The notes under the pieces were generated by a model. That model saw only the letters and a list, made by a program, of their open reading frames with translations, did no database searches and was not told the DNA's origin. The position numbers and the translations under genes were made by a program. Of a stretch of DNA of 64,000 bases, positions 29,474 through 42,346 are shown piece by piece. The stretch is from Cirrosporium novae-zelandiae (Eukaryota): assembly GCA_026023565.1 (NCBI GenBank), contig JAPETS010000016.1, positions 496,001 through 560,000 on the forward strand, written 5' to 3'. Position 1 is the first letter of the stretch; every line of letters starts with the position of its first letter.

Positions 29474-31823
29474 TTAATGATGTTATTATTTTTCTTTTTC
29501 TTTTTCCTTTTCGGCTTTGAATTTCCTTTGAATTTCCTTTGAATTGACTCGATGGTGTTATGTTTTCCATAATGTGCCAGGTGTATGCCAATGTGCTACA
29601 CAGGGTCAAGGGCTCTTCTTTCTTGCAGGCTTCGGGGCCTCGGAGGGAGTTTTTTTCTTTTTTGCTCAGCCTTTCCTTGGCCCTTGGCCGACCTCCTTCG
29701 ATAATCACTCGCATACGGCTAGCTGACTTCGGTCTAGATGACGCCCAGAGCGCCTCAATTTGACCTGAAAAGTTCACACACCCTTTGTTCATCATCATCA
29801 TCATCATTTTTTTGCCAATATATCATTAACAGATCTAACTAGAAGTATTAACTATGAAAATAGAAAAAGCAATATTTAGCAGATGGTAGGTGGTAGGGTT
29901 TGATGAAACCAATGTTTTGAAACATATACATGTATACTTTTCCAAGTACATGACTGTATTGTGTAAGGAGGTTAAGGAGATGCTGTTACTAAGTAGTAGA
30001 GATGGAAATGATAAAAGAAAGTAGATAGATACATGTAGATATGTGGTTCATGCTCCTGGCCACTGGCCACCTTTATCCAAAGTGTCAAAGCGACACTCTA
30101 GTTAATAGTTGACTTATTTTAGTGCCTATCAATGATCCACTAAATAAGCCCCTCCCATACAACAAAATACGTAGTAAATCTAATTACTCTAAATCTTTCA
30201 CATGGTAAAACGTATTTCAAGTTTTTTTCGCTTAAAGTTCCCTTTAGTGAATAAATATTTGCCCTCGACCCCCCCCGTCCCGACCTCCCTCAAACCCAAA
30301 ATTTAATACCTAAAATCCATTAAAAAGGCTCAACTTCCAAGTTAAGAATAAGTTGATGATATCAACATGTATCTATCAATCTAATGATTTCAGCTACTTC
30401 TAATTGGCACACTTGTAGGTGTGTTGCCGATGGTCATCAGCCATTTTCTTAACATTTTCTTTGTTAATATGAACTTGTGGGTTGCGAACAAGTAGTCCCC
30501 GAAAGGCCCGAGCTTTGTCTCTCGGCCGTGAATGTGTTCGCTAGTTAAAAGTTACTGGACTTTGGTCCTGTCCTGTAATGAAATGTGAAATGTATACCAT
30601 ATGCATACCAAAAGACCCTGGAGGGCAGCATTTCCCTTGAGCGTCTATCTTCAAGGGTCGGAAGGGTCTATCCAACCAATCATTCTCTATCACCTTTACA
30701 CCCTCAGTGGACTTTGACAATCGTGACAATCCAGTTGCTAATCCACTATGCCAAGACTGATCCCAACAGCCCATGCGACAAAGGTCAACCGGAAAAGTCT
30801 ACAAGGCCCCAAGGCCCCTAACAAAAAAAAAGTCACCCCCTACAAGCGTGCCCATCATCATCATTACATTGCAGGAAGAAAAAAAAAGGATAATAATACA
30901 AACTCCGAGGAACTCGTAACTCTCCTAACTTTCTTGCTTCCCATTCTCCTCTTTTTTTCCCCCCCCCAACACACATACATAATAACTATACGAAATTATC
31001 CCTGGGAATCAACACAATATACCACAACGAACGAAATACATACATAAATCAAATTAAAACCGAAATCACAGTTTCCTTGGATCCTGTTCCCTTCTCCCTT
31101 CTCCCTTTTCCATTTTCCACTTCTAGTTCATTTATTTATTTCTTTTATTTCTCTCACTTTGAAAATTAAAAGAAAGAAAGGGAAAAGGGAAGAGAATTTA
31201 AGGTAAGGTTGTTACTCAGTTGCTCAGTGCTTCAGTTCAATGCCCAGTTGCCCAGTGCCCGCCCCAAGTTGGCCAGTGTCCAGTTGCCCAGCTTTCGCTT
31301 CTGCTGTCGACGCCTTCCGATTTGTCAGAACTCTTACCCGCACCCTCTTTGTCAGACCGCACCGAACAAGCCCTTCCAACCGTTCAGCCCAACGCAGCTC
31401 CATTCCCAATTCCCCAATTCCCAATATTGGTAGGATACAATATTAATTTACATATTTATACAGGCTATAAAGACAAAGACACAAACAAAAAAAATATTCA
31501 CCAACACCGCCCCCCTTAACTTCTCCCCCCCTTGAACCTTCCGAATTTGTGACAAAGCTCGACTCGTCTATTCATTTCTAAAAGCCACTTCCAAAATCTT
31601 GGGTGGTTGACTCGTGCAGAAATCCTTCCTGCTCGAGTTCACCACCTTTTCTCCTTCGACCAGAATGATATCACCCTAAGTTAAGCTTCCGTGTCATTCA
31701 CTACCTACTCTACTATCGCCTACATCACATATTACCATTTATCGATATCCTGTTAATTACTACATCTACGCGCTGGTGACGACAAGGGACACGACCAGAT
31801 GGACAAGAGAAGCGTAGGTGGCC

Positions 31824-34800
31824 ATGGAAGAGAGAGTCCATAGTCATCTCGCATATGACTACGATCAAAATGGAAGGAGACATTCGCTGGCCGTGTCGAC
31901 TCTGGGCATCAGAGATATTGAAACTAGAGACTTTGCCCAACCATCTACGAACTCGGGGTCGTATCCGAACCTGCTGGTTCAGGACTCTGGTGCTAGATCT
32001 GCTGTCGATGACCTACAAGCTACCCTACACACTAGAAGTTCCGCATCTGATGAAAGGACTCCAATAATGCAACCAATTGATTCGCCATTTGGACATCATG
32101 TTTCGCTCTGGCAGAAAGCCAATTTTGCGCTAAACGCTCGACATGATAGTCCCCCAGAGGATTATCATTATACCCATACAAGTTCACCCATCTCCTCTGC
32201 TGCACCTAGTACAAGCGTGTCGTCGGCTTCACTACATTCTCGGGCAGAAATTGCTGCCCCCGTCCCAATATCTACTGGGAAACGTCCATTGATTAGCAGA
32301 GACATATCCAATTGGTCGACTGAAAGTACCCAGACTATAAAGAACGACAGAACAGCAGCAACTGGAAAGTCCTCGGCGCCACATCAAGGGTCACCGTCGC
32401 ATCTTGCCGACAACGAAGGGTATCCCAAGTATCCTATGCAAGCATATTCTGCCCTGCAAACGCAACATCACCCTCCACCGTATCAACCCCAACCCCACCT
32501 TTTCCGTACTCGAAGCCTTCACCCTACACAGTATGCTTTACATTATGAACCAGGTGTTCGCCACAACCGTAACATGTCAAAAACAGGTAGAGAAGTTCGG
32601 ACTGCAAATACTACGCCGATATCTAGCTCTGGCCTGTTCACACCAAAAGGTTCTCCGAGTATGACTGACCAAGAGCTGCATGATAGGGATCGCTATAGTA
32701 GTCCGTTCCTACATCATACTCATTTGCAAGTGCCGAAAGAAACGCATCTCGCAGAAATCGATCGAGATTCTATATCAGGGAATAAAGTTATCAACCAATA
32801 TGAGATTCTTGATGAATTAGGTCGGGGTCAACATGGCAAGGTCAAGTTAGGTCGTGATACAAAGACAGAGGATAAGGTAGCTATAAAAATTGTCCCTCGA
32901 TATTCTCGTCGTCGTCGCCTGGGCAAAATAGGTAACGCCGAGAACAAAGTGAAGAAAGAAGTGGCCATCCTGAAAAAAGCTCGTCACGAGCATGTCGTGT
33001 CTTTGCTTGAAGTTATCGATGATCCTAATCGTCAAAAAGTCTATCTTGTTCTTGAGTTTGTTGAGTTGGGTGAAATTGTATGGCGAAAGAGAGGGACCCC
33101 GGAAATCGTGTTCATCGAGAAGAGAAGACTTGACCGCGAAAAGATGGGTTTGCCCGAAACCCAATTAGCCATTGAGGAGGACGAACGCTATTTGAGAATA
33201 GCATATCATCGTAGAGTTAAACAAGAGCGCTTGGAAGTGAAGACACGCACAGATCGTGTAAATAATTTGGCGTGGAGTTTGGAGCTTGGAGATTCTGAAG
33301 ATGACGATGACTCCGAAGCAAATCCCCTTTCACGATCTATTACTCGGGAAACCGATATTTCAATGCCTGGCACAGAAGCGTCGCAGCCTACATCACCCCT
33401 TTCCCCTCTCACTGAGAATTCTGCATCACAAGACACGCCAAAGCCTCAGAATTACGAGTTTTGTGGGTTGGATGTCACGCCAACAGATGCCGCAACAGAA
33501 GCGCGGAGAGCCAGTCTTGTTGCGGTCGAAGGAACCATGTACGGTGCCTATCAGGATCCTCCTCGTGGACGAGCACTCAGCATGGCTGCCCCAAGCACAA
33601 CATCTCTTTTGTCGTCTGAGTTCGAGTTAAGCCAGGAGGATGATGACTTCAAATATGTGCCATGCCTAACAATGTCGCAAGCACTCCATGCGTTTCGAGA
33701 CACCGTTCTTGGCCTTGAATATCTCCATTACCAAGGTATCATACATCGTGATATCAAACCAGCCAATCTTCTTTGGACCGCCGATCATCACGTGAAAATT
33801 TCGGACTTTGGCGTTTCCTATTTGGGCAAACCAATCAGAGAAGAAGAAGAGGAACAGGTGAAGGAGAATGAGGCTATGGAGCTGGATGATGCTCGAGAGC
33901 TATCAAAAACCGTTGGTACGCCGGCGTTTTATGCTCCGGAACTATGTTTCACCGACCCGCCACCTTTAGACAGAGACACAAAGATCACTGGTGCCATTGA
34001 TATTTGGGCATTGGGCGTAACCTTGTATGGAATGATATTTGGCCGATTACCGTTTGTCGCCGAAGACGAGTATTCTATTTATCAAAAAATATCCAATGAC
34101 GAGGTCTTCATCTCTCGGAAGCGTTTACGTGCAGTTGAAGATCGGCCCACGTCTCGCCCCGATTCTCAACCTCGAGTTCCTCTGTCAATTAATAGCAACA
34201 AGAGACTAGACACCGAGCTTCTTTATGATGTCGTTGAGGATGACTTGTATGACCTCCTCAAAAGGCTTCTAGAGAAAGACCCTAAGAAACGAATCACCCT
34301 AAAAGAAGTTAAATATCATCCCTGGGTTCTTCGAGGCATTCGTGATCCCTGTAAATGGTTGGAAGAAACAGATCCCTCTCGACAGAGTGAAGGTGGAAAG
34401 ATTGAAGTTTCCAATGAAGACATTGATCAGGCCGTTGCTAAGCTAAATGTTGTTGATCGTCTTAAGTCTATAGTAGGGCGGTCCATTAACACAGCAGTGG
34501 GCATGATCTTGGCATCGACTCGAGAACGCCGTAAGAGAGCGACAAGTACCACCGCATCAACAGATGGCCCTCCATCAAAATCCGCGTCCAATTCAAGTAT
34601 CAGTACCCTTGGTAAAGACGCAAAAGACCTTAGACGGGGGAGCCTACACGGCGATGAAAGTATTTTCTCGGCTTTAAAGGCGTCTAGAGAGACATCAAAG
34701 GATAGCGAACATCCGCTAGCACAAAGTCTTACAGCTTCTCCTGAACCAAGGGATAGTGCGTCACCTTCATACTTCCTACATCCTTCTAATGATTTGCCAT

Positions 34801-35912
34801 CCGGTGATAGCTCGCGCGCGCCTTCTACGTCTACGGTGAATTCGCCTCATCACAGCCGTCATAACTCCCGTCGCCATCCAGGGCGCTCGTCATCCAAAGC
34901 TGAATCAACCAGAACGGTCAAAGCATCGGCACCAAATCTTACGACCCTACGACCGCCATCACCAGAAACGCACTCCCGTTCTCATCCAACGACTCCGACT
35001 GTGATTGAAGCATTGAGTGGCTCAGGTCTGGGCGGAATATTTGGTGGTGCGGGAAGACGGTTAAAAGGTATGCGAAGTCGTGAGCGAAGGCTCAAAAACA
35101 ATCGATCACCGTCGGTTGATCGGACGTCAGTTGGCGATGATCCCCATGCCGAACCGACCCTAGCAGTCAGCACTGCCAATGTTCCCGGTCATACCGAAGT
35201 GCCGCCGATTTTCCGAGATGATAGCCCTCCAAGATCACCTCATCCACCACCTACAAGCTACAGGCTTGAGCCTCCATCCGAATCCTTTGATCGAGCCCAC
35301 GAACAATTTTCCCTTCGACAAGCCTTAGAGGAGCAACGACAAGGAAGATCTAGACCCTCGAGTATGGCATCTTGTCAAGAATGTCCTCCTTCAGTAGAAG
35401 ATGAGGGGTTTGTTATTGAGCCCCAAGAGTCCATTCATGACCAGTCCCAACATCAAGATCTACAAACTCATTGTCAAGCACAAATCACACCATCCTCGTC
35501 GGAAGACTATTTTAACAGTAGCATGCATTCGACGTCTAATCCCTCTATTCCGTCTGTACTCTCAGGCGCCTCTTCCGTGACCTCTGAAACGATACCTTCA
35601 AAAGAACTTCTCATTCCTAAAGTTCTACAGACTGGTGAAACCATCATTCCCGCCTACAAGGACGTAACATCTGTGATCGAGGAGGAAGACACAGGTTATA
35701 CTGGGGATTTGGGAGAGATGGGTGATTGTGTGGATGGGGACGATGACGAAGACGATTCGGACGAGGGGATTATGTTTGGGAGACCCAAGGACCACTCCAA
35801 ATCAACGCCGAGGCTAAAAGCAGAGACGAAGATTGAAATGAAACCAACTCACTCAGGACCTAATGAGGCAGAATTTGAAGCGACTTCCGAATCCACAACT
35901 GCAGAATCCTAA
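31824..35912 (+). CDS. ssp1: CaMKK-family Ser/Thr kinase (Ssp1/Sak1-like Snf1-activating kinase)
   Basis: Long intronless ORF; KETH...INQYEILDELGRGQHGKVKL, VAIK, HRDIKPANLL, DFG, GTPAFYAPE, DIWALG; long insert inside the kinase domain and low-complexity tails. First ATG (gccATGg) at 31824. Confidence 0.92.
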   Translation: MEERVHSHLAYDYDQNGRRHSLAVSTLGIRDIETRDFAQPSTNSGSYPNLLVQDSGARSAVDDLQATLHTRSSASDERTPIMQPIDSPFGHHVSLWQKANFALNARHDSPPEDYHYTHTSSPISSAAPSTSVSSASLHSRAEIAAPVPISTGKRPLISRDISNWSTESTQTIKNDRTAATGKSSAPHQGSPSHLADNEGYPKYPMQAYSALQTQHHPPPYQPQPHLFRTRSLHPTQYALHYEPGVRHNRNMSKTGREVRTANTTPISSSGLFTPKGSPSMTDQELHDRDRYSSPFLHHTHLQVPKETHLAEIDRDSISGNKVINQYEILDELGRGQHGKVKLGRDTKTEDKVAIKIVPRYSRRRRLGKIGNAENKVKKEVAILKKARHEHVVSLLEVIDDPNRQKVYLVLEFVELGEIVWRKRGTPEIVFIEKRRLDREKMGLPETQLAIEEDERYLRIAYHRRVKQERLEVKTRTDRVNNLAWSLELGDSEDDDDSEANPLSRSITRETDISMPGTEASQPTSPLSPLTENSASQDTPKPQNYEFCGLDVTPTDAATEARRASLVAVEGTMYGAYQDPPRGRALSMAAPSTTSLLSSEFELSQEDDDFKYVPCLTMSQALHAFRDTVLGLEYLHYQGIIHRDIKPANLLWTADHHVKISDFGVSYLGKPIREEEEEQVKENEAMELDDARELSKTVGTPAFYAPELCFTDPPPLDRDTKITGAIDIWALGVTLYGMIFGRLPFVAEDEYSIYQKISNDEVFISRKRLRAVEDRPTSRPDSQPRVPLSINSNKRLDTELLYDVVEDDLYDLLKRLLEKDPKKRITLKEVKYHPWVLRGIRDPCKWLEETDPSRQSEGGKIEVSNEDIDQAVAKLNVVDRLKSIVGRSINTAVGMILASTRERRKRATSTTASTDGPPSKSASNSSISTLGKDAKDLRRGSLHGDESIFSALKASRETSKDSEHPLAQSLTASPEPRDSASPSYFLHPSNDLPSGDSSRAPSTSTVNSPHHSRHNSRRHPGRSSSKAESTRTVKASAPNLTTLRPPSPETHSRSHPTTPTVIEALSGSGLGGIFGGAGRRLKGMRSRERRLKNNRSPSVDRTSVGDDPHAEPTLAVSTANVPGHTEVPPIFRDDSPPRSPHPPPTSYRLEPPSESFDRAHEQFSLRQALEEQRQGRSRPSSMASCQECPPSVEDEGFVIEPQESIHDQSQHQDLQTHCQAQITPSSSEDYFNSSMHSTSNPSIPSVLSGASSVTSETIPSKELLIPKVLQTGETIIPAYKDVTSVIEEEDTGYTGDLGEMGDCVDGDDDEDDSDEGIMFGRPKDHSKSTPRLKAETKIEMKPTHSGPNEAEFEATSESTTAES

Positions 35913-37899
35913 TTGACTGACAAAATGTTGACGAACAATAATGAGACGAGACCCGAAGAGAAATGAGGAGAAGTAATAGCATTACATTATACACATGTTT
36001 GAATCGAAAGCCGGATTGGATTTTCGCATTAGCGAGGCGTATCTTGGGCTGTATCTATGTTAACAAGGGAGTGACGATTACTACTATGGAATATTTCTCT
36101 TTGTTCATTTTCTTTATGTTTTTTTTTGGTTTGTGCCATTTCTGAGCGCAGTGCACATGTACCATCGTCTAGCCTCGAGTTTTATGACCCTTGAGGTAAA
36201 TGATTCCCTGAGAAGATGCATTTGCTGGTGCTGGAGATGTCGCTGCATGTATGGATGGATGCATAGACGGATGACGTTGACAGGGCTTTTGGATAGGAAG
36301 CACAGATTGTTGGTTGGATCAGGTTTGGAATTGTTGATTAATATGTGGATGGGAAAGCATTGATTGGATTGGGTGGTACGATGTGTGAAATGGAAACTTT
36401 TAAATATTTTTTTTATCGATATTGTGTGTCCTAAGAAAGGGGTCACCAGCAGCAACTTTCTTCTTGCTAAGAAGGGCAAGAAATGAAATGAAAAAAGAGA
36501 TGTTTTTTTGAATTGTCTTGAAGGGAGTTGCAAGAGAAAGAGAGAAAGCAAGAAAAGCCCTCCTTGTGGCTTCGCACCCAGCATATTTTACATTTATTTA
36601 CAACCTGCATGAATGGAAATGGAAGGAAGGAATATGGGACAGAAATCTGATGGTTATTCGGATTCATTGACTTAGTCACAAGTTTTTTTTACTCTTACTT
36701 GATTGACCACAGCCAGCCAACCAGCCGACGACAACATATACAATGAAAATATTAGAATGTTTTGTCTAATGATACTCTCATCTTTATATCGTTTCTTTTT
36801 TTCATATTCATTTCAACGTCCACTCATACCTCATATGACTATATACAAACTATCAAAAGACAATCATATTATTTGACCGCATCAATTTCCTAGAACCAAA
36901 TTTCATGTCTGGAGTTTTAAAAAACTCTTTAGTTATTAATTCAAACTTCGAATTTCGAAGTTGCAATGTGCTTGTTCATGCGACTTAAATTTTTAAGCCC
37001 CTTTAATTTGTAAACTTCACTACGAAGATGAAGTGAATGGATTTACTGTACACGCAATCAAGCGAGTTTTCTTTTTTGTTTGCCAGCCCAAGCATTTTCA
37101 AGTATCGAGTTCATAAAATCCTTGGCTTATGTTATTATATATTATAAACTCAACCAAATAATACTCGTAACTATATAAGGAGATTATTCTGTAAATGCCT
37201 TTGTTGTAATTGGGAAACCCTTTCAAAGACCTCGAAGACCTTCTACGGGATTTTATACGCTACGCAGGGTTCGAAACCCCTCTATATCCCATAAAAGACT
37301 TTTACGAATCTCTTTTAAGCAAACTAAACAAAGGGGAAACTCTGGTTTGTATAGTTTCAATTCAGCAATCATTCAATGACCAAAAAGGAATCCATCACAC
37401 AAGTGTTGCACTTTTCTATTAGGATGTGAAACTTGTTTCTTCATTTTTTTTTAGCTTAACACTCTGTTTTTATAGATAAAGGTATGCATGTTGGATGTCC
37501 TCATCCTCCTCGTGCAGCTCGTCACTGCCACTCTCCGTCTGCATTGCGTCGGCCATATCCACGAGGGTAGGGGCGCTGAAAGGGTGGATTGGACGAATAA
37601 CTAGATAGAAAGTCTCAAATAAGACAAAGAAACAGGTGCTAGAAAGCAGATCGGCTATGGATAACCGCAGTTTAGTTAATCCCCAAACTAGGTTTTAACA
37701 TTAGGAGTTTACATTAGAAGATTGTGTGTATATGCTATGAAGTCAAGGTAGTATGGTTCGGTGGCTACTTGGATCTCTTGAAGAAGCTTACCAAAGATGA
37801 AATTGATGAAGTGTTAGGAAAAAGGCACACCTAAAGGTAAACCTGTGTTCTCGGTAGGAACAATTGAATCTTGGGCCTAGTTCTATGAGCGCTCCTACT

Positions 37900-39255
37900 A
37901 GTTTAGGGACAAATTGAGGTTTTTTAAAACCAGTGTTGCTCCAGCTCACCCACCAGAAGAACTCTTCATCATTTTTGAAAAATGTTTGGACCTCTCTAAT
38001 TTCTAAACAAGACTGGTAAAAACAGATGACAAGTTTTGGATCCCAAACAGTACAGGAGCGCTACTCAGGAAAAAAAGGACAGATGGAAACCCCAAAACGA
38101 TATCCCAGTCCACCCCCGTGGCTTTCACGATCTATGGCACCTTGAACTCCGGACCGAAATACCAAACGCTTTGAAGGTATCCAGATATGTAAATATTCAA
38201 AAGTTATATCAAATTCATATCAGCATGCTCCGATTATACGAGTGGGACAATCCAGCCGACTACTATGCTCTGGATGAGCAATCCTTGCTTTTCGTGTTCA
38301 AGACTACCAACTGCACTAGAATGTACTGTAGGTCCATTATATAGAGGGAAAATATCATCGTGCATACCAAGGTAAGCTATTCATACCTCATCACTAACCT
38401 ATATTAACTGATTATAGGAAAATCGCCTCGAGGCATTCCAACAATACGACCCCAGCCAATTTTTCGTAGGAGCACACGCCTGCAACGCCTCCAGGAACAA
38501 ATGTATCTAAGAATATTGATACTGAAGGGAAGTATCCGTTTCTATCCCTACCTAGCAACGCTCCCGGCAAAGAGGCATGTCCCTCTCCTTTTATTATGCC
38601 ATCAAGCTAATTCTAGTCGAGTATTCACAGAATCTATCAAGCCCTCTACAAGTTCAAAATCGAAAACGAAAACGAGCACAAGAACCCTGGGTTCCGGGTG
38701 AGATCCATCCTGGAAGAAGCTCACGATAATCCAGAACATTGGGGCATTGAAAGAATACATCGAGGGAGCTTTAGAGACAAAGCGTTGGATCGAACAGGAT
38801 CTATTGAAAGAAATGAACAGACACCTCATCCAGGGATTAGACAACGCGGGGTTGTGAGGAATGATTAGTCTGGCCTCGGATATCTATACAGAGGACGTAC
38901 AAACAATCATCAAGAAAATCAAGAAAGATACATGGAGTTTACATGGGGAGAGACTAGACGAAGGCAGAGAAGAAAGGAGAACTAGCATATTGGGAAGAAA
39001 AAACGAACCCCAAAAAGAGAAAATAACCGTTCAAGACATGAGGGACCAACATGAGAACATGGCGTCCTTAATTAAACAGTTGGGGGGTTAACATTGAGGC
39101 AATAGCATTAATTCCACCCTTTTAAAATTAAAAGGGAACGCTCACTGGCTACCTATGTCCGCCGACGCTGAAAGATATATAAATGGTTGCATTGTGTGTG
39201 TTCAACATGACCCCCGCACTAGCGAGATAGATACGGACCATAACCCGCTGTAGAT
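37900..39255 (+). mobile_element. Degenerate Ty3/gypsy LTR-retrotransposon pol relic
   Basis: Broken ORFs; 39122-39252 reads LKLKGNAHWLPMSADAERYINGCIVCVQHDP, matching the integrase zinc-binding W-P-M-x-x-D-x3-YI-x2-C-x2-C pattern; LRLYEWDNPADYY near 38230 resembles the RT/RNase H connection. Boundaries approximate. Confidence 0.6.
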
Positions 39256-40349
39256 ATACAGTTTGATAGTCTAAGTTAACTCATCATTTTTATATCCATC
39301 CACTTGGCGTAACAATATATATATACATATCTTTTTATAGTATTTATTCTTTTTCCTATGTTTAAGAGAAGGATCTTCGGCCATCAAATGGCTAAAATAT
39401 TTTGAGTGGGAAATAGCATCAACCAAGATAGAAGGTAAAGTCTCTCCTATTTTATTTTTCAATACTATTGATTTCCTACTTATTGAAAAGGTAGCGATAC
39501 AGGCCGAGCGCCTAGATAGTGATGTTATTATTAACTATACAAATCCTACAATTGATACCATGAACACATTCAAAAAGAGATTCAAGGAACCTTTCTCACT
39601 TTTGTGCCTACTTTCATGACTAAGGAGGCAAAGCTCCTTTTAGCTTAACAAATCTCACCTACAAAGACCTACATTTAAAAATACAACAGATGTTTGCCAT
39701 GATCTGAAAGCGACATATAGACAATAAAATGAGTTTTCATTAACTAAAAATAACAATAAATCCCTTGTCATAGAACAGGTATCGCGGGATACCGCGACTA
39801 GTAATAGCCGCGCCAAACCGCTGTAAAAACGGTTCGGCAAACAGCTAAGAAAAAAACAATAAATATATACTTTACATGAAAGACCAAGTCTCATATCCCT
39901 TCAAGAAATAAAATAAAATGCTTTTATTAAATACCTTTTCCTATATAGTATTTTTTATAAAACTTTTTTTTTTTTAAATATCAGGAGTGTTGGCTACTTT
40001 TCCTACCGTCCTTTGATGGTGGCAGTGAGTGTCGAGTAGATATTTATTCATTACTTAGTGTTGATTTCTACATTTCTAAGGTGGTGTTGAGTGTTAAAAA
40101 TTATATAATATATAAATCAAGGTCTTGGCGGAAATTTTGGTGTTGATTTTTATTTTTCTTTTGTTTCACCAAATAGTATTCTACTATTTATTATCTTCAA
40201 TTCCTAAGCTCTTCATAATTATAATATGAAATGGTATACGTAAGGAATTCGAGGCCAAATTTGGGTTTTTAGATGCCTAGAATTAAAAATTTAGTCAAAT
40301 ATTCAATAAAATGTTTAATAAAAATACCTAATAGAATGTTCAGTGCGAG

Positions 40350-40465
40350 CCTTAATAGAAACCTTAGTCAGAAGCTCAGTCAGGACCTCAGTGGAGGCCT
40401 TAGTAGAAGCCTTAGTGGAAGCTTCAGTAAAAGCTTCAGTAGAAACTTCAGTAGAAACCTCAGTT
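40350..40465. repeat. Degenerate 12-bp tandem repeat (AGTAGAAGCCTT-like)
   Basis: About nine units differing mostly by transitions; minus strand reads STEV/STEA/STKA repeats. Confidence 0.8.
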
Positions 40466-40665
40466 GCAAGCCTCAATTGCAAGCTTAGTACGAGCTTCAG
40501 TTGCAAGCGCAGTCAGGGGGCGCAACGGGTGGGTATTGGGGGCCATATGGGGGCCTAGGGGGGCTTTTTTGGTTTTAGGTTAAACCCAAAATTCGAAAAT
40601 TCCGAACTCCGACATCCCCCAAAATCCCCCAAATTTCCCCCCCACTATACAAATTCGCATTTATA

Positions 40666-40747
40666 TAGACCGGATAGACCTTGGGCAATCAAGGTCTGGT
40701 CGGTCTACGTCAGACCGTCTATTTGGTCTAGTCTATTCCTAACCCTG
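40666..40747 (-). mobile_element. Putative DNA-transposon terminus (hAT-like CAGGG end with AGACC subterminal repeats)
   Basis: Minus strand begins CAGGGTTAGGAATAGACTAGACCAA; multiple AGACC/GGTCT motifs and an 18-bp imperfect hairpin at 40666-40707; related to the end at 49153. Confidence 0.5.
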
Positions 40748-42346
40748 GCAACAGGAACCAACCTTTGCAGAGTAAGAATATGGCCTTGCAAATATAGATC
40801 CCCCAGTTCCCAGGGGAAAGAGGCGACGATATAAACATCTATCTTAGAACGGCTTTAAGACTTTTGCTCTCTCCAAGTCACTCCCTCCCTCCCCCCCTCG
40901 CATAGAAAAATGATCCTGGAAAGGTAACCTTAGGGAAGCCTTTAAAAGCTAGATTCAAGCTTCTGATAAAGAACGCCCCATTCCAGCGACTAGTTAGAGA
41001 AAATACGCAATATCTTCTAGGACTGGAACATCAATTGAGGTTTCAAAGAACGGCTATTGAAGGGTTATAAGAAGCGACGGAAGCTTTTTTGGTGGCATAC
41101 TTCGAAAGTAAGTATTATAATTGTAACATTTTATTATCATAATCATTGCTGATAATTCTAATAGAATGCAATCTTTTGGCTATCCATGCTAAAGATACAA
41201 GAAAAGGATATGCAATTAGTAGATCGTTTGGCGAGATGCTACGGGGTTACTGGATATTGAGATACTTAAAAGTTAGTTGGCAATGATTGGGATAAGGCAA
41301 TAGTTAGAATAAAGCAATGGCCAGGATAGGACAATGGCGTTGATAAAATTGAAGATGGATAATTATGATACCATTATGATATCTTGGGGGTATAACATAC
41401 CAAACAACCAAACAGCTAAACAAGGCATATATATATATATATATACCATATGCCCGACCATTCATTCCCCTTGTTCTTTGTCCCTGACATTGACTCTAAT
41501 TCCAACCCTAACCTAGAGAGAAGACTTACTTACTATACAGTACAGCACAGTACAGTATAGTATAGTAACTTGAATACATATACTACCAAAGCAAGCAAAC
41601 CAAGGTCTTGTATTATATTATTGGTGGTGGTGGTTAGGTAGGTTGTTCTTTTGTGTAAGGGGGTAGAATTAATTCTATGCTATCTATATGTAATCTTGCT
41701 ACGGAATATTCCGGAACATCAATATATCCTGAGCTAAAAACCACATCTCACTTTCTTTTAGTCTTCCTTCATTCTTTTCTACATCACCCTCATGCACCAC
41801 CCCCTGACATTTATGTTGACTGTTGGAGGTTGGAACTAGTGAATTAATTCTACCTAGAGAAGTTTATTTCTATGGTGCGTCAAGTGACTAGGAGGGACAA
41901 CACCTCCCAACACTGACTCTTAGAAATTAACTCCCCCATACATTTTGTGATAGAACCCTTAGGAGTCCCCCCTTTAGTGGATGCAAAAGTCGAATACTGA
42001 CCTGAATAATCAGGTAGTGTTTTCCCATATAGAGGGGTTGCCGTACGCCAATCACACGAGGCGCCGCTTAGGCTCAAGCGCTAATCACAGGCTTGGCACA
42101 CCTTAACACGAAGTGGGTCCACGTGGCCAAAGGCAACATGTGGGACGATTCTGCAGGTGTCATAGGCTGTCACGAAAGAATGTTTGGATCTAAGATAACG
42201 TCATCTACAACCTTACGTCAGGGTCCTCTCGTCTTTCTTGGGACACAAATGGTTTGGGCGTAGATCCTCGAGTAGTACAGTACAACGTCCCCAGCCGATA
42301 GGACGGGAACTACATACACTCAAAAACAACCTAGAACGGCCAATTG

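Noticed and set aside
29385..29807. 140-aa ORF bounded by (GAT)n and (CAT)n as an apparent inverted repeat
   Set aside because: Poly-Met and poly-Ser come from independent microsatellites.
33080..33650. Long insert inside the Ssp1 kinase domain
   Set aside because: Open in frame, no intein or intron hallmarks; inserts are usual in this kinase family.
37265..37281. T-arm-like GGGTTCGAAACCC and CAGGGTT as a possible partner TIR
   Set aside because: No cloverleaf, only 7 bp of TIR match and no TSD with 40748.
40350..40465. Repeat array as CRISPR
   Set aside because: No unique spacers, no cas genes, eukaryotic context.
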